The notes: a model not told the origin generated them from the sequence alone. A stretch of 64,000 bases of DNA from Octopus sinensis (GCF_006345805.1 NC_042998.1:181288001-181352000); one strand, 5' to 3'; positions 24,412 through 37,575 are shown, counted from the stretch's first letter. Translations and numbers: made by a program.

Positions 24412-26436
24412 TATACACATACACACACACACACACACATACACATATGTTTGGGCGTGTACATAGTATGTTGTCCCATATTAATCTAGTCTTAGCACAT
24501 ACACAATTGTTTCTGCAGAAACAGTTGTTTTGTGAAGATTCTTTTTTAAAATGTGGTGTCAAGGTGTTTTAAGTTGATTGCAAAATGCGATGTTTCTTTT
24601 TCCCTACAACCATCACTGGTTGCAAACGTTACAACCTGCCATTCAAAGCCTTTTGAGAGATAAGTGTAACGATGCAAATCGAAGCGCTCCCATTTGGTTA
24701 GTTGCCAGGTACCAGATTAATTTGCTCATCTATGAATATTTATGTATATACGCAATGTTGCATATAATATGTGTGCATATATGCAATTTGGTCATATTTA
24801 TACCAATACGCATGTGTACTTATATAATATTAAATGTTCGCTTACTCATAAAACAAAGCTAGTAATAATATTCGCTTACTCATAAAATAGAGCCAGTAAT
24901 ATCATATACAATTTCATTATATTCTGTGAAAATTAGATTCCTTTCCAACAGTTTCTGGAACACTGTTCAATGTTGAATAGCGTACTCATGTTCTCGAAGC
25001 GATCCCAGTAGTCAAAAACACTGAAATACTAAATGCGAAAAGTTTGTCCCTTAGATATAATTATGATGTGATATACATAGAATCTACATAGAAGATATCT
25101 ATATTTCACAACTATCATTGTGTAAGGATATTTGTAAAGGCGTTACGTTGAATTATATACCTAAAGATATGTTCCAAGAATTGTCGTGAGAAGATCGTTT
25201 TGGAATGTAACAACACGAAAATACTTATATAGAATGGTTAAAAGTTTGGAAAATCATTGTTACCGAGCGAGTGTTAGTTTTTAAATAGTCCCTAAATTAT
25301 TATTATTATTATTCTTGATAAGTTACATGCGTTAAAATGTTCGAGGTCGAGCAAGTGTTAACACTTCTTAAAATGCTTAGCTATACCCTAGAAGAAATAT
25401 TTGCTCTTTATTCGCTATAATACTTTTATATATTTACAAGACCAGGGGTTAGCGATTCATAGTTAATATTGTATGCATGACCAAGATACTTAAATCACTC
25501 GACCAACCAAGTTCACCTAGCCCTATGTGATTATTACAGAATGGTTTTGTTTATCGCTGTAGGTTTATCAGTACTAAATTTTGTTGAGTTACATGGCTGA
25601 GTTTGATTCCCGAGTGAAAAGCTATATGCATTAGACTAGTGCCCTATTTAAGGAGATAGATATAGGCTAGATATACTTAATGCTTCAGAAACTGGAGCTG
25701 AATACCTCTCCTTTGAATCCATGTGGATTGGAATAGATGAACTTACTCAGTATGCTATGGTTGTGTAGTAGCAGCTGAGACAGTACTGTAACAGCCTCTA
25801 GTGAAATCAATGTTTTGTATCGCAGCACAGCGGTTGTGGTCTGTTTTCTAACATTGACTCTTAATTTTCAATGTCTCCATTCGTAAGACACACATAGCGA
25901 TAAATAAGTATCAAAGTAAAATACAGTACATAGTTTTGCACATGTTCACTACATGATTTACAAGTTCTGTTAACTTGCAGGGTTAAGTATAGTATGCAAA
26001 AGTAAACTCATTAAACTCAGTTAACAAGATACTGAAATATCTCCACGAACACATTTCCAAGATAAATCTTTTAGTTACGCAATTTCACGGCAGCTCAAGA
26101 AGCATTTCTCTTAAATGTCAAATTCTTTTGATTACTTTTTTCAGCTTTTATTAATTAATAAACATAATTTATTGATAGAAATATTACCATGATGCTTTTT
26201 CAACCTCTACTTTTAACTTATTCTACCATTTTTTATCGTTGCATTCGGTATTGCGTTACCTTGAACGTAATCGGTGTTATATCATGTCAAAAACATTCGC
26301 CTCCACCAGTTTTTCTATATATAACCTACTTATTCTGCATCTCTCATTGCAGGCTACACATATATCCATAAACTCTCTTTGGTTCACATTGATATATATT
26401 ACTACACCTTTAAGTCTCTCTTACTCTCCCTCCCTT

Positions 26437-26467
<31 letters not shown>

Positions 26468-26829
26468 TTCTTTATCTCTAACTCTCTCTTTATATTTCTT
26501 GCTTTAATGAAATTTACAATACTTTGAGGTGGGGGAAAACTTTTGATAAAACTTTTAAGATCCATATACTAAACTTGCATAGTAATGAAGCATAACATAC
26601 TGTAGAAAGACTCGTACATATACAAACACTCTAAATAACACATGCATATATGTAAAAACCCACACAAGCATGTGTGCATAATATATGGATCCCACCGCGG
26701 TTACTCATCATGTAGTGTGTATGCGTATGGTTATGACTAGCGATTAAATAGAAAAATAAAGTAAAATATTTCGTTTTTGGATTTGGTTTGCAAGATTCTT
26801 TATATGAGTTCGTGTGTTGAAGCATATTC

Positions 26830-27102
26830 TATTGTGTCTCGGGAGAGTCATTTTCTTTTTGTGCCTTATTATATAACACACTCACCGGTAAAATTTCTAT
26901 GTTTTTCTTATTTTTATTATCCTAAAATTTTCGTTGCATCTTGCAACCTTTTCAATAGTTTTGACTCTCAAAACTATTGAAAAGAATGCAAGATGCAACA
27001 AACATTTTTGGACAATAAAAATAAGAAAAACGTGGAAATTTTGCCGGTGAGTGTGTTACATAATAAGGCACAAAAAGAAAATGACTCTCCCCAAACACAA
27101 TA
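26830..27102. repeat. 273-bp imperfect palindrome with a 3-nt loop
   Basis: The arms are symmetric about 26966 (..CAATAGTTTTGA-CTC-TCAAAACTATTG..) out to TATTGTGT/ACACAATA with substitutions only. Confidence 0.9.
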
Positions 27103-27993
27103 AAGTAAAATATATTTCTTATAAGAAAACTGACCGAAACATAAGACATTTCTAATAAGAAAGAAAACATTATTCAGTCAGTATAAAAGTAATTGCTTCT
27201 TATCGAAACAAGAAGATAGCAATTTTAAAGGTGGGGATCTAGTCCAGTACCATCCACCCCACTACTCGAGTGATACTTTATTTTGTGGAGTCTGGAGAAA
27301 TGAAAGACGAAGTCTCACAAGAAAGAGCAAGGCATGTAAGATTCGAAATGTAGAGATAATCCACGATTAATGCTTGGACATAGTCTGTAAACAAATAATG
27401 GAATCAGAGAAGTAAAGCAAAGAGATGACATACTCCAGAGAATGAGAGAGTGTGAGTGAGTGAGTGAGTGAGTGAGTGAGTGAGTGAGTGGGTAACTGAG
27501 TGAGTGACTGAGTGAGTGAGTGAGTGAGTGAGCGAATGAGAGCGGGAGAGTGTCTCGTGTTTCTAAATATAGCAAATTTTATTTAGAAGCGACTCTGAAA
27601 TGTCTTAGTAAAGACAATATAATTATTTGAAGACAATCTATGGAACTTACCGTTGTACATTACACAAGTTCCAAATGTGATGCTATCAAAAGGAAATTAA
27701 GTTACGTTACTACAACTGCTTGAGCTGATGAATCCTTAGTATTTCTACAAGCGTAATTGTTGCTATTGATCTTGGTTTGGGGAGTAGCCATATTTTGGGT
27801 ACAACTGTAGATGACTTTGAAATCATTTTTATTGAGGAGTTTACGATAAAAATGATTACTTAGGAAATGTTTGTGAATAAGATAAGGGAAGCTTGTAGCT
27901 ATATTAGATTACACCTTTTAAAAGAAAGAAAAATTGAATCAAATAATCTTTCTGTTCCTGTTTATATATATTTACTTATATATGTTAGCTATT

Positions 27994-28025
<32 letters not shown>

Positions 28026-28958
28026 TATTATTATATTATTATTGTTGTTGTTGTTATTATTATTATTATTATCATTATAATTGTTATTATTATTATTAAA
28101 TGCAATCAATGTGTTGGGTGTATATCCGAATGCAGCGATTGCCATGAAGTTAAATCACGCCTGGTAAAAGAAAACTCAAATACACTCAAAGAATATTATT
28201 CAACACAGAACAATCTGCACCTTCCAGATATGACAAGAGATATTACATCTGTTTTAGATAGGCAGTTGGAGAATGAGAGAGAGGAAGAGAGACTTATATA
28301 GACATATACACTTACGTTTAAACATAAATACAACCTGTATACAAAAAATTGTACATACATACATAAGTACTGGAACGCATAAAATAACAAGTTATTTCTA
28401 TATAGTGTTATTTCTATACAACTACATTTTAAAAAAACCTAGTTCTAAAATCTCTCTGAGAGATGAACGCTGTAGTTGTACAAGCAAGTAATGTTCGTAG
28501 CCACTTCAACATGGCTGTTCCGTTCGAACAGAGTTTACTGCGAATTTTTAACCCCAAGGGGACATCTGCTCCAGCTGGTTAACGACGCGAAGCTTCATCC
28601 GATATATTGCGAGCAGGGGAGCAAACCCCCACCACTTTCTAGCGACGGGACCAGCAGACCAGCCTGGTTTTGGGCTATTTCTGCTTTTCTTCAGTCCTGG
28701 ACACATCGTCTGCTATAGACGGCAGTAGCTCGTCTCTGCTCGCAATATATATGAAGTCAAGCGACACACAGTCGCTGATTTTGCAACAAGCAAAACAGCT
28801 AGTTCTAAAGTCTAAGAGTCCGATCTTTGATATAAACACCCAAGTACTATCATCAGCAAAGAATACGGCCTAATATAAATGATAAATGCTGATACATGCA
28901 CACATACCTATTCATATTATATATACGGACATACATAGATGTATACATATATGTGTGG

Positions 28959-29044
<86 letters not shown>

Positions 29045-29233
29045 AGTCGCCATGATAGATCGGTAGCCACTACACACATTTTTTTCTCGCCTTATTTCTT
29101 TCTGTGTTCCTTTCTGTGGAAGAGCGTAGGCTCGAAACGCAAAAGACTTTTTCAATTTCTGAGCGTTACACTAATACATCTGTTTGTTTTCTACACCACC
29201 TGTCTTCGTCTTCTGTTTTTTTCGTGAATTCTC

Positions 29234-29236
<3 letters not shown>
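29045..29236 (+). repeat. Second pseudo-LTR-type repeat (family P2) with a hammerhead-like motif
   Basis: CTTT-CTGTGGA-AGAGCGTAGGCTC-GAAACGC-AAAAG at 29110-29145, flanked by (TA)n/(CA)n. A degenerate reverse copy lies at about 55215-55330. Confidence 0.55.
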
Positions 29237-29279
<43 letters not shown>

Positions 29280-30249
29280 AGAATAGGTGTGTGTATGTAT
29301 ATATTGGCTTTTATATTTATATATATATACATGTTTGTATGTATGTATGTATGTATGTATGTATGTATGTATAAGCACATATGTGTGTGTGTGTGTGTGT
29401 GTATGTGTTGTTAAGCTCACGAAAAATATTCTTTATCATTGCTAGCTATCGCTAGTGTGTCCCGCTTATATTTGAGCCTTTTTATAAAGAATGTTTTTTA
29501 TTTGTTTTAATAGACTGCACAAGAAAAGCTATCAGTCAGTCATAGTTGGATTGTTTTCACGCTCTGAAGTTTTCACTCGTGCCACATCAACCCATTCGTG
29601 TATCAATTTCGTAATTTCTTTAAGTGCTGATTTTTTTAATTATTCATTGCTCTTGTTGTCCCACCTTGTTACGCTTGTCACGTAGACGTAAAACAATTCC
29701 ACCAGGTATTAAAATAAAGATTATAAAAATAGTATGAAGAGCAGTAAAGGAAATACTGTTGCAGAATTAGAACTTGCATTGTCAACTGTAGAAAACTATA
29801 ATTAATTAATCTGACAACAGCTACCATGCAAATTTCAAAGTGTGCGTCACGCTTGTTAACGAAAACACAAACTTAATAAAATGATGGGAAATATATATAT
29901 ATATTTTTTAATATTTGGAAGGTTGATGTGTCACAATGTCACTGAGCACTCTCGCAGGCCATTAGCCGGTAGAAGGCGTTAAATTTATTTAATCAATTGA
30001 AGAAAGATGTTGAGCAAGTCACTCAAACGTTTGCTATTTACTTTCTCGTGGATTATTTGAAAAGTTCAAGACATGATCTAATCTCTATAGTATTTGGATA
30101 ACAGAGAAATCAGCAAGTGCTAACATCCAGACTGCATCGGAATTTTCAGCACAGTTGCAGAATATCATAGAAAGAGTTAAATATTCACTAGAGCTAGTTT
30201 CAAATGAAGATGAATATGGACTATTTTCAAAACGTTTACCCTAAAAGTT

Positions 30250-31240
30250 TTGTCTCAAATGGGTAAACATGATACCAAAGTATAACGTAGCAAATCATTA
30301 CTTTTAGAGGGAAATACCATTGGAGACTATAAACTTTAACTATTGCTTGTTAATTATTCTGATATCCTAATGATACAAGGTCTCCAAAATTAGTTATATC
30401 GTAATCTAACAGAAAAAGATTGAGATACATAGAATGTGTCTACTATGGTAAACTTTACTGTTATTGTGAAAAGAATTTCGAGTACAAAATCTTCTACATT
30501 TGGACAGAGCTCTAGTTTATTCTTAAATCTCGATTCATTGTAAACGTGAATACGTAGTGAAGTTGTTTTCATTCCAATAAAGACGTTACTACTACAGGCT
30601 ATGGATCAGGGAGTAAATTGTTTCTGTTTTCAAGTATAATATCTTAAAGAAATTTTAATAAGTTGATTACAGAAGCTGATGGTAAGTACGGTCTAGTAGT
30701 TTGTAGAAAACTACAGACACAAGTACAACAAATACATAAGAGAATACACCCAATAAAAATGCACAAATCACACATAAAAATTACTATATGAACCAAATTC
30801 GAACATCTATCGAACAGACGAATACAAAATTTTAAAAAAACCATAAGACGAAACACAAAATGCGTCACATTTGACTATAAATTAGAACTAAGAATATATA
30901 CTACAAAAGCCGCAAAAGCAAGGTGCCATTTATGGATAACACGCTACAAGCAACAAATGACTAACATAATATGCGAATTTGACTATTATACTGAAAGTGT
31001 TCAGGACTTCAGCTATTACAATGAATATACTAATACAATACTATATCGTAGGCTCACAATGTATTTAGAGCAAAGAGCGATCGCAACACACCACCTCACG
31101 CTAGAAAATTACAAAATCAGGAAAATACTCAATGAAATTCCTCACAAAATTGAATATTAATCATGAAGCTTATATGTCAGAAATATCTCCGTCAAATTTC
31201 ATTAGAATAACAATATTTTACCAATATGTAGCAATGTTCT
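30250..31240 (+). mobile_element. Highly decayed Penelope-like element 3' half (thumb/linker plus GIY-YIG) of a third lineage
   Basis: Plus-strand remnants KNYYMNQI..YRTDEYKILKK..TIRRNTKC..KLELRIY..YKSRKSK and ORF 30957-31160 TNIICEFDY...YTNTILYRRLTMYLEQRAIATHH..IRKILNE, then NHEAYMSEISPS. These match, from memory, the NVIYxFxCP/YIGxTTxxLxxRLxxH/GAIxxH/EAxxI pattern of PLE endonucleases. Confidence 0.6.
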
Positions 31241-32450
31241 TTATTCTCATAAAATGTAAAAATCAGGTTTTGTTAATAGAACATTCTTCAGTTGAAATGG
31301 TGAGATAAACTTACAAATAGAACCTTATGAGAGCAGGCGAACCAGCAATCTAGGTCAAGAGGAGAAAATGGGATTGGCAGAAATGCAACCTATAGAAATT
31401 TATTTCCAATATTATATATTACTAAGAAAGCCCTCCGACGGATACCACAGGGGAGACGGAAGCTTAGCACCAAAACAACATGGAGAAGGTTCATAGGAAC
31501 AGAAGCACTAGCAAGCAGCTACACTTAGATACAGTTGCAATCCATTGCCAAAGATAAAGACAGATGGAGAGCTCTTGTTGGCACCTTATTCTCCACATGG
31601 AATCAAAGCAATTTAGAAGTAGCGGGATTATATAGAAAGAACGTATCCGATGTATTTCACACTTTACAACACATTAGTATGTGGGCTCCTGTTTAATAAT
31701 TTTTTATTATGAAGTCTTTTGAAATCGTCTGTAAATAACAAAGCGACATTTTATACTTCTAATAATGAAGATCCAAAAGAAAAATGGAACCACGAGCAAT
31801 CTAGTTCCAAGGAAAATATATAATATAATACTAACAGAGATAGGACTCTATTGTAAGTGGGCAAAATAAGGAATGTGTATTCAATATTGAAAACATTACT
31901 TCCTGAAACTGTGAAATGCTATTGATTCAATTTTATGAATACGACAATACAATATATACAAAGAAAAAATATATTTCTATAGATGGTTGTACTCACGCTT
32001 CTTTACCACACTATCTATACTGACATCACTTTCACTTTCTCACATCTTCTCGCTTCTTCCTTCGCATTCAGACTCGCTCATTCTAGAGGTGAAGAAAAAA
32101 GGAGTGAAAGAAAAATAACGAGTATGTAATATTCAAGAAAATAACTCAGATATAGATGGGACTCCATCCATCAGTCTCCATTGAATCCCGAAACTGTCAT
32201 AGGACCCTTTCATTTTATAAATAATATATATGTATGCGTGTGTACATGCGTGTTATCTATTGACGAGTGTATATAGGTCTACATATAGGTCTTTCGTATG
32301 AATATGTGTAGATAGTTATCTGTTGGCATGTATATAGACCTATGTGTGTGTTTGTGCTTGCGCGTGGAGTGTATCTGTTAACAGATGAATGTAGATTTGA
32401 ATACATGTACACGTGTGCGTTTGCGTGTAATTTGCTGATAGATGTATATA

Positions 32451-33609
32451 AACTACTATTCAAAACTATAAAACCACATGTTTTTAAAAGTTATTTAGAA
32501 ATTTAGCTCCGTATTTGAGCTGACTAAGGGGCATAATATATTGTAAATTGGAATTAGATGAATACTTTGAAATGTAAAAAAACCTTCTGATTTTCCAATT
32601 TTTCCTAACATATCAACACTTCAAAACTATAAAGCCACTAATACATTTTCCTTTCTTTGCAAATTGTTTCGGAAAATATTCAACTCCATCATATTTTCCG
32701 TGATTCAGATTACATTTCCAATAAACAACAAAGCTTTCCGAAATTGAACAAGGAAAGATTCTTGTATTGAAAGAATGAGTAACCGGAAGATTGCTGAGAA
32801 GGTTCGGTGAAGCAGAACGTTAGTGGACAATTTTCTGAAAGATCCCGACAGGGTTGAAGCTGGTGGACGTCCCAAGGCTTCATCAGGAAGAGATAACAGG
32901 ACCATTGTCAGAGCTGCGAAGAAATCGTGCTGCTCTTGTTTTCAAAATTAAGGCAGCAGCAGGAGTAGGAACCTTGACATCCACCGTAAGAGTGAAGAAG
33001 CGACTAAAGCGTCCGTTATTGTCCCCTTCCCACCAGGGTTTTGTAGAAGAAAAAAGGCTCTATGGTGAGAACTTCATATTTCAACAAGACAATGCCCTAT
33101 TCATGAAGCTAAGGCAACTTTAGATTTCTTCCATGCAATTGGGGTTGAAGCCATAGCCAGAAATGAATGCCGACCATAATCCTATAGAGAATACCTGAGG
33201 ACATCTCGCGTATGTTGTGTACAGAGAAAGCAAGCAGTATTCATTTGTTGATGAACTTGAAACGCAAATTAAGAAGGCCTGGGAAGAGCTTCTACTTGAT
33301 CTGCTGCAGAAGTTGATTGGGAGCATGAAATCGCGTATCTTTGACGTATTGTTGATGTATTGCATGAGAATATCATTGAAAATGTATCATAATTTCCCTG
33401 TTTTGCATCATTTTCGCAACATTATTCAACCTGGCGTCATAGATTTGAACACGGCTTTTCTGGCTCTGTATGATTTTATGAATTATTTATTTTGGGATTT
33501 TAATAAATTTGAATATCGCAATGCCTTCCCCTGTTTCATAAATTTGGCTAGTATATTTCACCAGAAAAAACAGACAGTGCTCTGGCTTTATAGTTTTGAA
33601 GACCAGTTC
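32451..33609 (+). mobile_element. Internally deleted, decayed Tc1/Tc3-like transposon
   Basis: Terminal inverted motif TTCAAAACTATAAA(A/G)CCA at about 32459 and in reverse at about 33583-33600, with TA-rich flanks; an inner direct copy lies at about 32620. Peptide remnants EIEQGKILVLK..MSNRKIAEKVR*SRTLVDNFLKDPD, ENFIFQQDNA, NPIENT*GHL..VYRESKQY..VDELETQIKKAWE. Confidence 0.85.
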
Positions 33610-33647
<38 letters not shown>

Positions 33648-33768
33648 CGGAGTAAACACATAAATGTGAAACAAGGTGGAAAAAAGAGTGGTAGAGTAAT
33701 ATGCTTTATTTTAAGCAGCAGAATTTTAAGCAACAGATTTTGTTGAATTTTCTGCTGCTTAAAATAAA

Positions 33769-33809
<41 letters not shown>

Positions 33810-33892
33810 ATAAAAATTTTCGAAAAAATTTTATCAATGACCAGCATATTAAAAAAATACCATTAAAGGTTAAATTTTATAAACAACTCATA

Positions 33893-34048
33893 AACAAGGG
33901 CAAAAGAAAAGATTCCAATGCCAAATATGCCGAAATATAGACTTAATCGTCAATAATGCGTGCTTATAGAGATAAATTATATGGTTATTGACGATTAAGT
34001 CTATATTTCGACATATTTGGCATTGGAATTTTTTCTTTTGCCCTTGTT
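33893..34048. repeat. Inverted repeat with 64-bp arms and a 28-bp spacer
   Basis: 33893-33956 versus 33985-34048, near-perfect reverse complement. Confidence 0.9.
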
Positions 34049-34089
34049 ATATATATATATATATATTCTTTTCAATTCTAGGCACACCG

Positions 34090-34961
34090 CCCTTTTTTCT
34101 CATTTCTTTCTCTTATTCATTGATTCTCTTTATCACCCGCTAACTTGGCCTCCCCAAAGCCGTTTAACACACATGTTGTAATGAATGACCGGTAGAGCGT
34201 AAATGGCGCGAGACGGGGGTGTTGTTACCGATTCTAATGTCTCGGACGTGCTCCGTGAACCGGTGAGCCAAGCGGCGTCCCGCTTGACCGATATACAGAG
34301 AAGGACAGAAAGAGCAGGACTTGCAGTAAATGACATTGATGGAAGTGCATGTAAAGGATTCAGTGATATGATAGGTGCCTGTGGGCTAGGTTGGGAGGTG
34401 GGGTTAGGGAAGAAACTGTGGAACAGGAGATCACGTAGGTTGTGGGTTCGTTTGAAGGGGGAAGATGTAGGTTGGGGAAGATGTGCGAAGAGGAAGACTG
34501 AAGTCGCCGGAAGGCTCGGAGAATGGTGTGTTGGAGGGGCAGGGTGAAGGGGTCGTGTGTGAGGGGAAACGGGAAACGGTAACGGCGGGGCGGGGGCGGG
34601 GAGAGAGAGCAGAAGCACTGTCCAAGGAAAGTGTTCTGGCAAGGGCGGTGCGGATAGTAGTGAGGGGGTTTCGACGAAGGATGAAGTGGCGAGCTATGAG
34701 TTGAGACTGAGTTTCAAAGTCATGGTTGTCACTGTAGGGAGTAGGGGATAGAGAGCTTGGTGTGGGTAGGATGGGAGGAGGGGAAGTTGAGGTATGAGTG
34801 TGAGTCGGTGTGTTTGTAGTGGATGGAAGTAGTGAGAATGGAGTTGTGTATGTTGACCGAAACGTCGAGAAAGGCGACGGAAATGTTGGAAATGGTGCAG
34901 GAGAATTCGAGGGCAGGGAGTAAGGATTGGACAAAAGGGAGGAAGGAGTGTATACACACAC
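34090..34961 (-). mobile_element. 5'-truncated Penelope-like element: RT C-terminus plus GIY-YIG endonuclease (Neptune/Poseidon-like)
   Basis: Minus strand: FLDVSVNIHNSILTTSIHYKHTDSHSYLNFPSSHPTHTKLSIPYS (PLE RT/thumb), then after frameshifts ITESFTCTSINVIYCKSCSFCPSLYIGQAGRRLAHRFTEHVRDIRIGNNTPVSRHL (GIY-YIG endonuclease). Bounded by (TA)n arrays. Confidence 0.92.
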
Positions 34962-34972
34962 ACATACACACG

Positions 34973-35470
<498 letters not shown>

Positions 35471-36274
35471 AGACATATTTGCTGACACTAGTCGATAATT
35501 ATTCGAGTATCTCGCTCATTTTCCCAGTTATTGAATTACTGCGTTTCCTCATTTCCAGAGCAGACATACTATAAATTTCAAATGCTTTATTATTGAAATA
35601 TAATTATAAAGATACTTTTCAGCTCAAAACTCTTTAGCTGTCAAAAAGAAAAAAAAATTCAAGAAACATATAATAACGAAAACACACCTTCCCACTCTCC
35701 CTAAAAAAAAAGCATAGTGTATGAAATTTCCATCCGAACCGTTTTGTTTGTATATCTGTCAACATGCCGTCCCGTTTGCTTACACGAACGTGCTCTACAG
35801 ACCAAAGCAAGATTTGTCAAGTTAAGTTCATAAATATTTGATATCTTTATTTTCGTCATATAATCTATCGTGGAAATAATTACAGCACTCGCTAGGACAT
35901 TCCTATCACGAAATGGCTGTTAGATGCCAGCATTGATTTCAACACTTACAAGTTGATTTTTATTGGCTGGTTTGTTCTGAAAACTTTAGATATTTCTATC
36001 TGAATGTCGATGATGTGCTTAGTGAATAGAAGCAAATCAGAGAGGAACCTTAAGAATTTATTTGAAAAAATCCCAAACTTGAGTGGAAGGTGAAAGGAAG
36101 AAACAGAAAGATATAAGATCAGATAATTCACACAAATACAGTGACGAACACTTGAACCTTTAGTCTTTATCTTCGGCGCTAACTAACCAAATGTATGTTC
36201 TAAAACTGAAAATACACATACACATGCACACACTGAAAATATGCATGCACGCACGCATATACATACATACACAC

Positions 36275-36331
<57 letters not shown>

Positions 36332-36365
36332 GCATGCATTTAAACACACAGACAGACAGACAGAC

Positions 36366-36411
<46 letters not shown>

Positions 36412-36544
36412 TAGATAGATAGATAATAGATAGATTATACATAGTATTTTAATATACACACCTACTCATACACACAACATTATATATATACATATATATA
36501 TTTACAGATGCATATATTAATATATTATATAAAGTTTGTTTTAA

Positions 36545-37385
36545 GGCGGCGAGCTGGCAGAAATGTTAAGCACGCCGTGCGAAATGCGTAGCCGTATTTC
36601 GTCTGCCGTTACGTTCTGAGTTCAAATTCCGCCGAGGTCGACTTTGCCTTTCATCCTTTCGGGATCTATAAATTAAGTACCTGTTACGCACTGGGGTCGA
36701 TATCATCGACTTAATCCGTTTGTCTGTCCTTGTTTGTCCTCTCTGTGTTTAGCCCCTTGTGGGTAGTAAAAAAATAAATATAAATAAGTACCAGTTACGC
36801 ACTGGGATCGAATAATCGACTTAATCCGTTTGTCTGTCCTTGTTTGTACTCTCTGTGTTTAGCCCCTTGTGGGTAGTAAAAAAATAAATATAAATAAGTA
36901 CCAGTTACGCACTGGGATCGAATAATCGACTTAATCCGTTTGTCTGTCCTTGTTTGTACTCTCTGTGTTTAGCCCCTTGTGGGTAGTAAAAAAATAAATA
37001 TAAATAAGTACCAGTTACGCACTGGGATCGAATAATCGACTTAATCCGTTTGTCTGTCCTTGTTTGTACTCTCTGTGTTTAGCCCCTTGTGGGTAGTAAA
37101 AAAATAAATATAAATAAGTACCAGTTACGCACTGGGATCGAATAATCGACTTAATCCGTTTGTCTGTCCTTGTTTGTCCTCTCTGTGTTTAGCCCCTTGT
37201 GGGTAGTAAAGAAATAGGTATTTCGTCTGCCGCTACGTTTTGAGATCAAATTCCGCCGAGGTCGACTTTGCCTTTCATCCTTTCGAGGTCGATAAATTAA
37301 ATGCCAGTGAAACACTGGGATCGATATAATCAACTAGTTCCTTCCCCAAAAATTTCAGGCCTTGTGCCTTTAGTAGAAAGGATTA
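36545..37385 (+). mobile_element. tRNA-derived SINE-like family A, with an internal 110-bp tandem expansion
   Basis: Head GGCGGCGAGCTGGCAGAAATGTTAAGCACGCC..GTTCAAATTCC (A/B-box-like) and core GTCGACTTTGCCTTTCATCCTTTCGGGG. TTAATCCGTT recurs at 36711, 36821, 36931, 37041 and 37151. Confidence 0.85.
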
Positions 37386-37419
37386 TATATAGTATGTTTT
37401 ACATTCACCTACATACACA

Positions 37420-37575
37420 GCTCTCTGTCTTCCCTTCTCCTTTGTTTCCGACGAAGAGCTCCGCTCGAAACGTTAAACCCTCCTTCCCTTCTTTCCTGAG
37501 CGTCCAATAATACTTTATTTGTTCCACGTCCTCGCGTTGCTGTGTTTTTTTTTGTGTTTTCTTGTTTGGATTAAC
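37420..37575 (+). repeat. Family P1 repeat copy
   Basis: GACGAAGAGCTCCGCTCGAAACGTTAAACCCTCC..CCTGAGCGTCCAATAA..GTTTGGATTAAC, near-identical to 17783-17913. Confidence 0.75.

Noticed and set aside
27725-27760. CTGATGA word as a further hammerhead core
   Set aside because: No stem II or GAAA follows.
27867-28301. 144-aa ORF with poly-His and a Cys cluster
   Set aside because: The middle is a (CAT)/(ATT)/(GTT) microsatellite and the end is (AG)n; no supporting splice structure or homology.
34133-34961. Pro/Ser/Thr-rich ORFs of 169 and 176 aa
   Set aside because: Mostly alternative frames of the frameshifted Penelope remnant, not host genes.
36680-37210. Regular direct repeats suggestive of a CRISPR array
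   Set aside because: Contiguous 110-bp units with no unique spacers, derived from a SINE body in eukaryotic DNA.
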